A stretch of DNA of 58,383 nucleotides, filler included, from Porpidia crustulata (taxonomy: Eukaryota): assembly GCA_964255105.1 (NCBI GenBank). It is 3 parts of 3 records of this genome, joined end to end, with 100 filler letters (N's around TTAATTAATTAA, not from the genome) between each part and the next. Parts side by side here need not be neighbours in the genome. Positions count along the whole stretch, not along the records: positions 19,580 to 38,949 come from CAXUWE010000143.1; positions 39,050 to 58,383 come from CAXUWE010000144.1; 1 more part is not named here. One strand, given 5' to 3'. The translations under genes and the position numbers were made by a program. Shown here in pieces: positions 36,228-47,874 of the stretch. The stretch's first letter is position 1. Every line of letters begins with the position of its first letter. The notes under the pieces were generated by a model. That model saw only the letters and a program-made list of their open reading frames with translations, had not been told where the DNA came from and ran no database searches.

Positions 36228-36910
36228 ATGGGAAGACGTACGAGGAAGAACGACGAGTACTACGCGGTGATTCGTCGTTTCTACCTCACTGTTCCAACAG
36301 TCTTCTCGTCCTGGTAACCATTCCATAGGTAGTGAGATCATCATGTCCCATAGTCACTGATCATGACCACTGCTTTAGGGGAGATGTACATCCTTTGGTA
36401 GATGGTTTTTCGAAGCCAGTGATAAATGGGTTTGTTACTCTAGCAGAGGCTGAAGCGCATATGAGAAACAACGGAGTAGAGGACCACAAACGCGAAATTA
36501 AATAGGGGGCTTGGACAACAACACCAGAGAAAGGGAAAACTGCGTATTACGCAGTCGCGAATGGCCGTGAACCAGGGATTCGGGAGTATTACTAGTAAGT
36601 CTGAGAATCTATTCGCACGTAGCTCGTCTAACTCATGGACAGCGTCAGCGGTGGTTTGGAGCCAGAAGTAGTGAACTTCTCTGGTGCTTGTCATAAGCGT
36701 TTCCGAACATTGGCACAGGCAGAAGCCTTCATAGCGGATTGGGTGGAGATGCATGCTTGTATAGTTAAAACCAAGATCAAAGAGGAGCTGTTGGTTGGTC
36801 ATCGACCGGCGAAATTGAAGAGATCACCAGTTGAACGTAGTTTGAAGACTAAGAGCCACGACGACGACGACGAGCTTACAGACGTCTTCAGCAAGACCGG
36901 AATTGAGTAG
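36228..36910 (+). pseudogene. Protein of two RNase H1 N-terminal (Cauli_VI, hybrid/dsRNA-binding) domains, no catalytic RNase H; in-frame TAG at 36503-36505
   Basis: Domain 1: EYYAVIRR..VPTVFSSW / GDVHPLVDGFS...GFVTLAEAEAHM. Domain 2: AYYAVANGREPGIREYY / ..EPEVVNFSGACHKRFRTLAQAEAFI. Two introns. Confidence 0.8.
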
Positions 36911-37122
36911 TGCTGGATGACTATCTTATATCTGGCAAAAACGCATCACCTTGGGGGCATTTAGCACGAGAGCCCAATTGGGCTCGGCTTCGGCTGCCAG
37001 CAAGTTTTGCCCGACGGACCGTGAGAAAGTTCCTGATCAAATGGCAAGGGAAGACGGACAATACGGCGTGGCGAAAATAGCCTGTATGCATCGGACATTA
37101 TTTCTATCTGTTCACTATTTGC

Positions 37123-37950
37123 CTAAATAATAACATGCAGATCAACACATGTTGTGTAAATCTCATCCTTCCGCCTTATCGAACCATCCGGAGTATCAAG
37201 AGAAGATGGCCAATCCCAAACCCAATATAGTGTACAGACCCCCTCTATTGTGTCCTCCGGAACCTGCACTGTATTTCGACACCACCTATTTGGCCCCTGT
37301 CCTGGATCTGCTTCGAAGACTTTTTGTCTGAGCTGGAAAATAGGACTCGAAAAATTGGGTCCATAACATTCTCCGTCATCGAAGTCAAACTCTGCGAGCA
37401 GTCGTCCACGTGCATCGCCCGCCGTTCCATCCTTGTTCCAGACTTTGTGAATGTTGAGCAGGGTATCGGTTGAACGAGACTCCTTAGTTCCGTATACGAA
37501 AACTGTTCCAGGCGTCACCTTCCCGGGGGTTGCATGCGGAAGCGTGACATGCCCATTTTCTTGGTATCTTAAAACAATCTCCTTGCCTGCTTTCACCTCC
37601 AAACGTGGGCTACCTTGAGACTGGTACGGAAATTGTTGACTGGGCATGCAAATTTTGTCGCTGGATATGATCTCGACGTTTCCTGAACGCCCATTTGGCG
37701 GAAGTAAGTAAGTCATGACCGTACCATTATGAAGAAACTCTGGCGAGGTTCGAATCACTACAGAATAGTTAGCCGAGTATACACCGCTCAACGAAAGTTG
37801 CAAATCACCATTGCCTCTCGGATAGCCGGGGTTTTGGAATCCGACATCTTCGACAAGGGAGACCTGCTCAACCCATGAGTGACAACTTATTGTCATCACA
37901 AGAGCCATCACAATCGCGGACACACATGTCTTGACTGTAAATTCAATCAT
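37123..37950 (-). CDS. Secreted uncharacterised protein with predicted N-terminal His (LPMO-like / DUF7492-like)
   Basis: Signal peptide ends ISC|HSWVEQ. Motifs GYPRG, YQENGHVT, FDDGECY, TLYWVWDWP and EIYTTCVD. Probable in-frame intron near 37765-37810. The DUF number is from memory and needs checking. Confidence 0.7.
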   Translation of the reverse strand: MIEFTVKTCVSAIVMALVMTISCHSWVEQVSLVEDVGFQNPGYPRGNGDLQLSLSGVYSANYSVVIRTSPEFLHNGTVMTYLLPPNGRSGNVEIISSDKICMPSQQFPYQSQGSPRLEVKAGKEIVLRYQENGHVTLPHATPGKVTPGTVFVYGTKESRSTDTLLNIHKVWNKDGTAGDARGRLLAEFDFDDGECYGPNFSSPIFQLRQKVFEADPGQGPNRWCRNTVQVPEDTIEGVCTLYWVWDWPSSLDTPDGSIRRKDEIYTTCVDLHVII

Positions 37951-38554
37951 TGTAGAGTCAGATTTGATCTATTGCACGTTGAGTACTTGTTTCGATCTAA
38001 AATGATAGGCTGGAGGAAGGATGTATACTCTGCAATGATTCAAGGGTAACGCTCTTTATATACATTAGATCGAATTCAATGTTAAGGGCTAAGGAAGACT
38101 AAAGCCAAACGTAGGGTGAGGGATTGGCCTTTGGAGTCGAAGGGCTAGGGGTGGGATTTCGAGTCTCACGTGCAGTTTCCGAAGAGATTCCTCCTCTCGG
38201 GCCATCTGCTACAACTTATCAAACTCGAAGCGTGATGCGGTTGTACTTGTAAGAGATATTGGTTCAATGCACGCTGTTTATTTCTATCAGACTATCATGT
38301 CTTAACATTTTCCATGCATACCTGTTACAATGCACCAATTGTCCTAACAAAGCATGAAATATGGATTAACGGATCTCATTTTATTCAACTATTTAGTCTA
38401 CAGTATCGAGATAATTATTTATTGATAAGATGAAATCATTCTACTGAATCTCGACAGAAAATTAAACTCTATTAATCAATACAAACCATTTTATAACAAG
38501 ATCTTTTACAGACAGTTTCCGAATATCACTGACCTCATGATTCTTTCCTGAGCC

Positions 38555-38949
38555 TCAAGTACTTAGGTAGTTTGAAGGAGCGAAGCCTGGTGTGTTATTT
38601 GACTTCAAGATGAGCCACCAGCCTGTAAGGTATCATTAGTATGTGATGTTCATTTATGTTTTATTGCAACTCACCATCTCCTCGATCATAAGCGAAGCGT
38701 ACCATTTCTCCCTGGTCTAGACTGGCCTCTGTTGTATCCTTTGCCTGATATGAAAACAAGGTGCGATGAGTGGGTTGTGCGATTGAGGGCGTTGGTGTTG
38801 CTGAAGTCGACGGTTGTGTCTGGGCCGCAGTCTGTTGGGTAGGGAGTATTGGCTGCTGGGTCGGAAGTCCAGGCTGTTGCATAGGAAGGATAGGCTGCTG
38901 GGTTGGAAGTGCGGGCTGCTGGGTTGGAAGTGCAGGCTGTTGATTGGAA
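38555..38949 (-). CDS. C-terminal SH3-domain protein with QQPxLPT repeats (5' part lost in gap)
   Basis: HRTLFSYQAKDTTEASLDQGEMVRFAYDRGDG / intron / WWLILKSNNTPGFAPSNYLST* fits the SH3 consensus (Y.Y, WW, G.P.NY). Confidence 0.75.
38830..38949 (-). repeat. 21-bp coding tandem repeat (QQPxLPT)n running into the gap
   Basis: Repeated GGCTGCTGGGTTGGAAG-like units on the + strand. Confidence 0.8.
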
Positions 38950-39049
38950 NNNNNNNNNNNNNNNNNNNNNNNNNNNNNNNNNNNNNNNNNNNNTTAATTA
39001 ATTAANNNNNNNNNNNNNNNNNNNNNNNNNNNNNNNNNNNNNNNNNNNN
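38950..39049. other. Artificial contig linker (44 N + TTAATTAATTAA + 44 N)
   Basis: Same structure as 19480-19579. Confidence 0.97.
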
Positions 39050-39848
39050 GGGTTAGAGGGTTGTGGGGTTGGGAGGTGTGGAGTGTACTTGCAAATAATC
39101 AGGGTGGTCGTCGCCGATGCAGCTTTCGTTCACGGGGACGTGATCGAGGGACCGCCATTCGAAGTCGATGTGTTGTGTGGATACGTCGACGACCTGAAAT
39201 AGAGCTTCTTTGATGGGTCGGCCATATTGGCTTGAATTGGTACTGAACGACGGTGCATGGTTGATACTGCCCGCTTGAATGATTTTCCTGCCGTTATCAA
39301 AGATCTCGAAATCATGAGGGTCCAGATGTGTTTGGTTCTCCAAACTCGCAAACGTCTCTACTACATCGTATTTCTCATCCAGAATCACATTTGTACAGGC
39401 CTTCAGCTGATAATCTTCCGTCACCTTGGTGTACGCCAGATGCGTACGCCCTTGGTAATTGACAGGGCGGAGGTTTTGAGCACGCACAGGCTGCTCGGAT
39501 TCAGACTGCTCGTGGCCGTTCCAAATGAGATCCTGGTGGTGTGAGAATCTGGGTAGCAGATTTTACAGAAGAGCACTTACGCCACGAAGATTGTAGATGA
39601 AAGGACCATCTTGCTGCGAGAAATATGGCGTGAGGAATAACAAATCGCTGTCGTTTTCTTTCAATTCATTTACATGGACAGTCAAAGATGGAGCTTTTAT
39701 ATCTGGTCTCTGTTTATCTGTTTAGTCACCCAGCAATGCTCACACTTGGAAGAGCCTCTGTACATACTGAGAGATATCGAGATGACTGGACAGGCTGGAT
39801 TGTGAAGGAGTGTGTGAGGATATATAGACAGCATAGCGAAATGTGCAT
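39050..39848 (-). CDS. Secreted arylsulfotransferase (ASST)-like protein, N-terminal part; truncated by gap
   Basis: Exons RPDIKAP...LFLTPY..QDGPFIYNLRG / DLIWNG...VILDEKY...DPHDF...FQVVDVSTQHIDFEWRSLDHV..ES...DY match the fungal ASST-domain pattern. Probable start MHISLCCL at 39848. Confidence 0.75.
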
Positions 39849-40064
39849 ATCTTGAAGGCGAGGATACGACGTCCTCCCATGTACTTTGTATAAGGCTATG
39901 AAATCTTTATTTGGCACGAAGGTTGGGTCAATTGGATGAGACAATCTAGAAAAGTGAGGCTCATGTTTCCATTGCGAGCTAGCAGCATCTAGTACTATGG
40001 CTCTTTATATCGGTTCCATTGACCCAGTTATTTTAATTCTGGCAAAAGCATTTCCCTCTCTTTC

Positions 40065-41134
40065 ATGTCCAAGCAGCATTCATCCATCTTCGGACAATAC
40101 AATACAATGGGTCATCAACAATTTCCGGATTTACAGGTTTCCATAATTGACGAAGATCCTCATCTGCGCCAGCGTTCTGTGCCGATGAAGACACTCGTGT
40201 TGGGATATCCTCGTACAGGAACTTCATGTACTATATATACTGTCTCAAAGTCATCATCGAAACGTCGAGCTAATAAGGCCGTAGCAATGCAAATAGCATT
40301 AGAACAGCTGGGCTTTGGGCCATGCTATCACATGCGAACGGCCATGAACCAGTACCCACGCGATTGCGAGATGTGGCTAGAAGCTTTTCAAGCAAAGTAT
40401 GAAGGAAAAGGTGTCTTCGAGAAGCAGCAATGGGATCAATTGCTTGGATACTACAGTGTAAGTTATATGTCGCACGCGATGTTTGGGAAGAGGAAGTTCT
40501 GAGACCTCGAAAGTCCGTCTGCGACTTGCCAGCCATTGTTTTTGGTCCGGAGCTCATGGCCGCCTATCCAGATGCCAAAATCATTCTTACCAACCGAGAT
40601 GTCGACTCGTGGCACAAATCATGCTCCCAGACCCTTCTCCAAGCGAGATGGTACTGGCTCCACAATGTCCTGCAACACGTTGACTGGGTAACGGGCCTAG
40701 TCCACTCATTGCGGAAGAAGTACTGGCAGTGCCTCTTTCAGGACGACTTCGAAGCAAATGGGAAGACCGCCATGCGTGCTCATTACTTGTTGATTCGCAA
40801 CATCGCACAGGAAACCGGGCGCCAGGTATTAGAGTTTCAGCTTGGGGATGAATGGGATCCACTCTGTGAATTCCTCGAAGTGGACGTTCCATGTCATCCG
40901 TACCCAAGAGTCAATGAGGGCGGCAACTGGATTCTGAAAATGCATCAGCGCGCCCACCAAAGGGCTATAGCTGTCGTATCCAGGTTTTTCCGCTTCGCTC
41001 TGCCAATGACAGCGATCGGTTTGGCGGTGTGGTTTGCAATGGCGAGGCCACCGCTACTCTCAACCCACATTGGTCACAATCCTCTTCTCGGCCTTTCTTT
41101 TTCGAAGCTATCTGAGATTAGAATGGGGCATTGA
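40065..41134 (+). CDS. P-loop sulfotransferase-family protein (Sulfotransfer_4 type) with C-terminal TM helix
   Basis: VLGYPRTGTSS, ALEQLGFGPCYHM, DLPA..F..ELMAAYPDAKIILTNRD.DSW, WDPLCEFL, PYPRVN. Two introns; ATG 40107 is an alternative start. Confidence 0.85.
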
Positions 41135-41706
41135 CGGTACGACCAAGTTCATTTCTTCCAAGCTCATGCGTTGTTAGGAACTATAGATCCGTAAATGCAC
41201 CATGGGACGCACTGCTGTCGCATATGCGAGATCGAAGTTCAAGCAGACTAGAAGTAGGCCGATTTCTAGTGAGGAAGGACGCGCTACTGCAGCTTGCAGT
41301 TCAAATCTCTGCGCCCCGCATGAAACTCTCTTTTCTCCGCTCTCTCAAAGCGGAATTCCGCCAATGCCTACTAAATGCACCTAAACCGGAGATGCTCGTA
41401 TCAACACTGAAAAGCGAAGGTGAACGAATGATTCAGGACGTGGGTATCCGGTGCTTGCAAACCTCAACAATGTTATCATCTAGCCCAAAATTAACCCCTC
41501 TGACGGATGACTTGGACTGCTATGAACGCGCAAGTTTGGCAAGCCCGCAAAGTATGTTCTGCTTGCGATGTCGCTCAATCGGCCCAGCCTCTAGTGGCAG
41601 CCAGGCATACTTTCATGTGTTGGAGCTTTATCTGCCAGACCTGGTAGGTGTATGGGGATGATCCAATCAGTCTGTGTCTATAGATCGTTGCACACCTCGC
41701 CGTATC

Positions 41707-42865
41707 ATGGAGAATACCAAGTACAACGATTTGCGTATTGCAGAAGTACAAGTCCTTGACCTCAAAGCCCTTCGCAATGGCGACAACGTCGAAAGGAGAA
41801 GACTTTTTGACGCTTGCTGTAAAGATGGCTTCTTTTATCTTAACATGTCAGGCTCAGAGCCCAAAATACATACGGCCATTAGCAGCATCTACAAGCTCGA
41901 ACAGCAATTGTTCAGTTTGTCAGAAAATGAATTGATGTATTATGACATCGACAAGCTTTCCCATAAGAAGTTGAATGGGTTCGTAACTTCGCCATATCTC
42001 TGCACGAACAGAACGCTTGAGTGACAATCGACAGCTATAAACCATTGGGTCGAAATCATGGCGAGCTCACGGGCAGGAAAGACGGATTCCAGTCCTACGC
42101 GGTATAGACCTTCCAATCGGCCATCCGTAGCTCAAAGCACCTGTCAGCGGTAGCTGACTTTGTTTTTAAAAGGTACCTAAAGACGGTATCATGCGGCTGG
42201 GAGATCAGGCCAACTTCAAGCGTCCTCAGGTCATCGATGTCCATATGTCCTCTCTGCACACCCTTGCATCAGCAGTCTCAAAGGCAGCTTCAACAATCCT
42301 CTCGAGTCTCTCATCAAGCCTTAAGCTCCGACCAGAAGAAAGTCTCCAAAATATCCACAACACGCATCTGCCCTCCCCAGATCTTGTCCGCCTATTAAAA
42401 TACCATGATCAGCCGTTCTTCGAACGCGGTTCCTCGCACATAGCGCACACTGATATTGGCTCTCTGACATTCCTCTTCACCGAGCAATTCGGCTTGCAAA
42501 TCATAGGTACGGAGAGCGAAGAGTGGGAGTGGATGCAACCCCGAGAGGGATGCGCTATCGTAAACATTGGCGATTGCCTTAGCTTACTGACCAACAAAAC
42601 ATTTCGCTCATGTCAGCATCGCGTAAAACCATTACCGGGACAAGCAATGAAGGAACGGTATAGCTTTGCTTATTTCATGAGGCCTGACGAGAATGCCCTT
42701 ATGAGAGCGTTAAAAAGCCCGTTGATACCTGAGGTAGAAGACCAGGGCGAGGAGACCGTCACAAGTGGCGAGTGGTTGCAGCTGAAGTATACCATGTTGC
42801 GGCGGGATACTTGGAATAAGGAGAAAAGTTGGATGCTCAATGGAGTCGAGCGGAGCAAGTTGTGA
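41707..42865 (+). CDS. Fe(II)/2-oxoglutarate dioxygenase, IPNS/DIOX_N type
   Basis: LFDACCKDGFFYL, RLLKY, HTDIGSLTFLF (HxD), VNIGD, HRV and RYSFAYF (RxS). Two introns. Confidence 0.92.
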
Positions 42866-43261
42866 TAGATGCATAGACTCCAAGCCACTCGTCGACAACG
42901 TCCAAGCTTTGTGACATGCATGCTAAGTCAGTATCTTGATAAATCCTTGCATGAGATTTCCGTGGACGCTTCGAGTAAATAGGACAACAGAGGTGCTCAT
43001 GGAATTCCTGGTGTAACTCTGGTAGCTTAAGAAGATCATTTATAGCTTTATATGACATGACTTGGAGCACAGATGATTACGTACCTTGAATGGGTAGATC
43101 CGGACAAAATCCCGACTGCTGTGTGTGCCACTTCTAGTAAAATATCAATCTCAACTATTTCGACCAACCGCCGTATAAGTCAGCATCTTTCTTGAACACT
43201 GGGTCGGTCCACAGCTTTGAATCCTAATGTTACTTTGCAGACAAACTTTTGGATCAATAAA

Positions 43262-45477
43262 ATGCCGGACCAAGTCCCAAATGACGAGACACGACCGCTC
43301 TTATCTCCATATCTATCCCCAAGTATCTCGCAAACAAACGATGATGATGGAGAGCATACAGCGGCAATATCGTTTGGACTGACGAAGTTTATACTGGCAC
43401 TTATAGGTACGCAATCAACCGCCAAGGATATCTACAGCAGGATCTTGTTCCTACTGCGGCTGATTCCACTCAGGCGTTTTTCTGGCAAACGCAGATACCT
43501 CACTTGTCGTGGCCACATACCCATCAATTGCGTCCGAGTTTCGGGACTTGGGAAATGGGCCATGGTTGTTAACAATTTACACGCTTGGATACAGTGTCGC
43601 TCTGCCGGCTGTGAGTTGAATTTCTAGTATCTCCGTAGTTCCTCCACGACTGCCAGAGCTCGAATGCAGTCAAAACAAATCCTTCGTAATCCCAAGCATT
43701 TGAGCATTGATTGACTTTGTTCTCGCTAGTATGGAGCCATCAGCGATGTTTTCGGACGGAAGAAACCTCTTCTCGTCGCTTATGTTTTGTTTGGCATAGG
43801 ATGTATCGTCTCGTACGTTCAAATCAAAAGTCATCTTGGGCTCATGTTCTCGCATTCCCTTGGAGTCTTACAAAGATCAGAGCAACAGCATTTTCGTTGC
43901 AGCAAGTCATACTTGGCCGAATGGTATCCGGATTTGGTGGAGCCGGAATGACAGCAATGGTTTCTGTCATCATCACGGGTAGATATGTTAATTAGTACTC
44001 GAAACTTTTGTCGCATGACTAAGTTTCTTCAATCAGATTTAGCACCACTCTCAAAGGTTGCTTTACTAAGGAGCTACGTCAATGTGGCAGCAGTCGCAGG
44101 AAGGAGCGCAGGAGGGCCCATCGGTGGGCTTCTTCTTGACAGTATTGGCTGGCGATGGTATGGTACTGTATGCAATACTTTGAGGTAAAATCTGAATGAG
44201 AGTGCAGGTCATTTTTTGCTCAAGTGCCAATAGTGCTCGGATGTCTTGTTACGGCACTCTGGCAATCGTTACCAACTCCCACTCGAAATGGCCAGAAGCA
44301 ACGTCACCTGGATATATTGGGAATAATGGCCTTCGCATTGACAATGTTGTCCTTTTTACTGTTTGTCAATTTTGCAGGCAAAAAAGGAGGGGCCCCCAGT
44401 CCTGTCTTGATTCTGCTCGCATTGTCATTCGTCTTCTTTGCAATTGCCTTTTTGTTGATTGAGATTTACTTGGCTGCAAATCCGATGATCCCCTTTTCGA
44501 TGCTGAAGCAGGACAGGTTGGGATTCTATTTTGCTGTGCAGGTGTTGCTGCTTGTCGCACAATTTACTGTGAGTTTTCGTTCTCAAAGCGGTTCTTACTA
44601 ACGCACGGACAGATTGTTTCGAACGTGGCAACGTACTTTGCTCGTACGGAGAATGCCTCAAACTCGATTGCCGCACTCCATATCACGCCTGCTCCTGTGG
44701 GTAATGCCATTGGCGCTCTAGTTGCTGGCAAATTGATCAGCAGGTAAGTGTTGCATGATATATTGCTATTGAAATCTGACGTCGTTTGCACAGCACAAAG
44801 CGGTACAAAGTCATTTCAGTAGTAGCTGCGAGCTTGTGTATTGCAAGCTTCATTTTGGTAATGTTGAGGTGGCAGGGCCAAATCAATGTGTGGGAGTCTC
44901 TGTACATCTTCCCAGCAAGTCTAGGTATTGGTTTGCTGAATTCATCTCAATTCATCGGCTTGTCAGCCTCGGTTGAGAAAAGTCAATTAGCCACAACCAT
45001 CAGTATATTTTTCCTCAGTCAGCAGATTGGCATGATGATCGGGGCGAGTGCGTCTTCGGCTTTGCTTCGCAAGACTTTCCGAAATGCCTTACTAGACAAA
45101 TTGGGCAATGGTCGGGACAGCAGACAGGTAAGTATCCTGGGATCTCCTAATATCCTCTCTCCAAGATCACCAAGAGGATACCTATCCATAGTGTTCAGGC
45201 AGAACCACACAGAGTCAATCCAGTATCCGCGCTAATTCGACTTGGTACCAGGTTATCAAAGATATACTCAATGACAGCCACGCCGCGCTGCACTTGCCCA
45301 AAGCTTTGCAAGCAATCGCCCTATTGAGCTATGTCCGTGGCTTCCTCTTCGTATCAAGTGAGTGGTCAAACTCCTGCTCGTTGATGGATGTCTGACCCCT
45401 CCGCAGTACTCTCGGTCTGCAGCTCAAGCCTGACACTGCCCTTCTTGGTGTTTCTCCCAGAGAGGACTATTGAATAA
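43262..45477 (+). CDS. MFS drug/amino-acid transporter (Vba/DHA14-like), multi-exon
   Basis: VFLANADTSLVVATY, YGAISDVFGRKK, GRMVSGFGGAGM, GRSAGGPIGGLL..IGWRW.F, and many TM helices. Confidence 0.85.
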
Positions 45478-46704
45478 AAGCATCAACAACGGAGGGACGA
45501 TTCTTCCATGATAGCAAAAGTATCGACATTAGGAATAATGGTACCTTACGATACAATGTCATAAGTAGGTGGATGTTAAGCTGTTCATGAGATAGCTGGC
45601 CTACACCGCTGTTCTTGATATATCTATAGGCAATTCCTGACCAGCCGCAATATTATGTGCAGCTTGCTCCTTACAGTGTCGCTATGGTGTGCTTGTATTT
45701 CCTAGTAGACAACATCTGAGTGTTCAGATCTTGATGTAGTTCGGGCCTTCAAGGAATGTTTAAATTACTTCTGCCATCGTCTTGGGCGATCTTCTTCAGT
45801 ATCCGCCATCTTTTGCTTATCCATGGAATCGATCACAGAAAAAAGTAGTGAATTGCAGTTACGGTAAGCGCCGTAGACTTTGTAGCCTATGCGGAAGGTC
45901 TTTGAAAATTATAAGTCTCCGATTTACTTTCCTCCTCCAGCCTCCGGAATGACTGTACTAAGCCATGAGGGACCTTCAAGAACCTCTTACTACTATCGTC
46001 TCCATCTGTTTGATGCGGTTGAGCGTATGATGTGATGGCCTCCCAATTTCGGCTTGTACCCTGCCTTCGTGTTACAGTAACTAGTATGCCATTCGCCTGA
46101 TCTTGATAATAGGCTGGGGTGGCGGATAGATTTTACGGTTCGACTGGCGTAAGATCACCAAATACCAAAACGGACGATCCCGTCGAATGTCACGTGATTC
46201 ACTGTCAAAATTATTCCATCATTTGTCTCCTTACCAACATTGCATCTTATGCCCTACATAGTTCAAACGCTCTTGTCTTGAATCGTGTTCAGGCATAGCT
46301 ATCGCAACTGTCCGTGGCCCCTGTCATACGCGCCTGTCTCTGATGGCTTGGAGCTATCGTCTGACTTGGATCTAGGGTTCACAGTCTCCTCTGGTTGACA
46401 ATATCGTGTTTCTATGTGCTATACATCAATTCTATTTGCGCCGACGGGGAGAAATCATCTGTACCGCCTGTCGCCAGTATCTATCATATGTCTGAACAGA
46501 ATCGCTCTGTAATGACAACCCATCGCACAAGGAACTTGATACAATTGCAAGCTAGGATAACGAAGAGCGAGACCGCAAGTAGACTTCGAATGTCCTACTT
46601 GGGATCTGCATCCCGTCGCTATCAGACCGACCAGTCACGTCTCGAACAGCATTTTTGTTACCTACCAACATCCTTGAGCGCTCAATTCCATCCTATGCTT
46701 AGAG

Positions 46705-47874
46705 ATGTCTGCGTTACCGCGATGTGTTGCTCTAGCAGGTGCAGGTGACTTGGGCCGCTATGTCTGCGAAGAGCTGCTCAAATCTAGTCAATTTCGAGTT
46801 GTCATTTTGACGCGTGGAGTATGCGCCTCCACTTAAAACAGTATTCAGAGCTCATCAAGACTGACATAATATATTGAGCTGACTACCAGACCTGTCATAA
46901 ATGGGTCACAGATCTGCATATTCCCAGCCACAAAACCGACTATACTGTGTCTTCAATCCTCTCGATTCTAAACAATACCCGCGCCTCCACATTGATCTCC
47001 TTCATCAATGATCCTACGCCCAATTATGTTACTACTCACGCTGCCATCCTTGAAGCCTGCTGCCAATCGGCCACATGCAAGCGTCTCATACCATCTGAAT
47101 GGATCGGTGACTCAAAGACCTATCCGTTGAAGCCTGAGTACTACGCGACATCGCGGGAACCCTTTAGGCAAATGTTGAAAGAGCAAACGGAAGTTGAGTG
47201 GACGCTGTTTAATACTGGATGGCTGGCAGACTATTTTTTGCCGAGACGGAAGTCACACATGAAACCTGTACCTCTCGAGTTTCCCATGGACCCAAACGGC
47301 TGGCGGGCACATGTGAGAGGAACGGGACATGAGACACAAAGCTGGACGTGTGCCAGGGATGTAGGGCGGGCGGTGGTGGAGCTGCTCAAGGCTGATGAGT
47401 GGGTGAGTAAAAAAGATATTTCGTTGCGAGACCTCACATGCAAATGCTCCGCACTTTGGGAAAGACTTTCAACTAGCTCGGACTTATGCTGAAATGGCTA
47501 CTTAGGAGACGCATACATACGTGGCCGGTGAATGGAGCACATTCAACGAAGCTATCATGACAATGGAATCTTTCTATGGTACCTGAAGCCCCATCTTTGA
47601 TTCCCAATTCAACGCACCAGCTAACCTGAACCCCTGGCTAGGCCGCCAAGTGCCGCTTACCTACAAATCCCTTGAGGATATACAGGTGTCCTTTGCGAAA
47701 AGTGCAACCATGGAAGATAAAATGTTGGCGCAAATGGAGGAGGTAATAGCAATGGGATGTTTGGCCTGTCCGAAAGAGAAGACACTGCGACAGCGTGACA
47801 AGTATTTCAAGGGGCTACGATTTCTCGGCTTGAAGGATTTGCTGAAGTATGCCGAGGACGTAGAGTTTGTGTAG
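46705..47874 (+). CDS. NmrA / isoflavone-reductase-like NAD(P)-binding protein, multi-exon
   Basis: MSALPRCVALAGAGDLGRYVCEEL (Rossmann motif), KRLIPSEW, WTLFNTGWLADYF, TCARDVGRAV. Confidence 0.85.

Noticed and set aside
35685..36505. In-frame TAG codons as possible A-to-I editing-corrected (UAG>UGG) stops
   Set aside because: Trp is not the expected residue at these linker positions, the same genes carry other lesions, and such editing is documented mainly in Sordariomycete sexual tissue. Plain decay is simpler.
41131..41661. 176-aa ORF between the sulfotransferase and dioxygenase genes
   Set aside because: TTG start, no recognisable motif, and it occupies the expected terminator/promoter space. 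Not supported as a gene.
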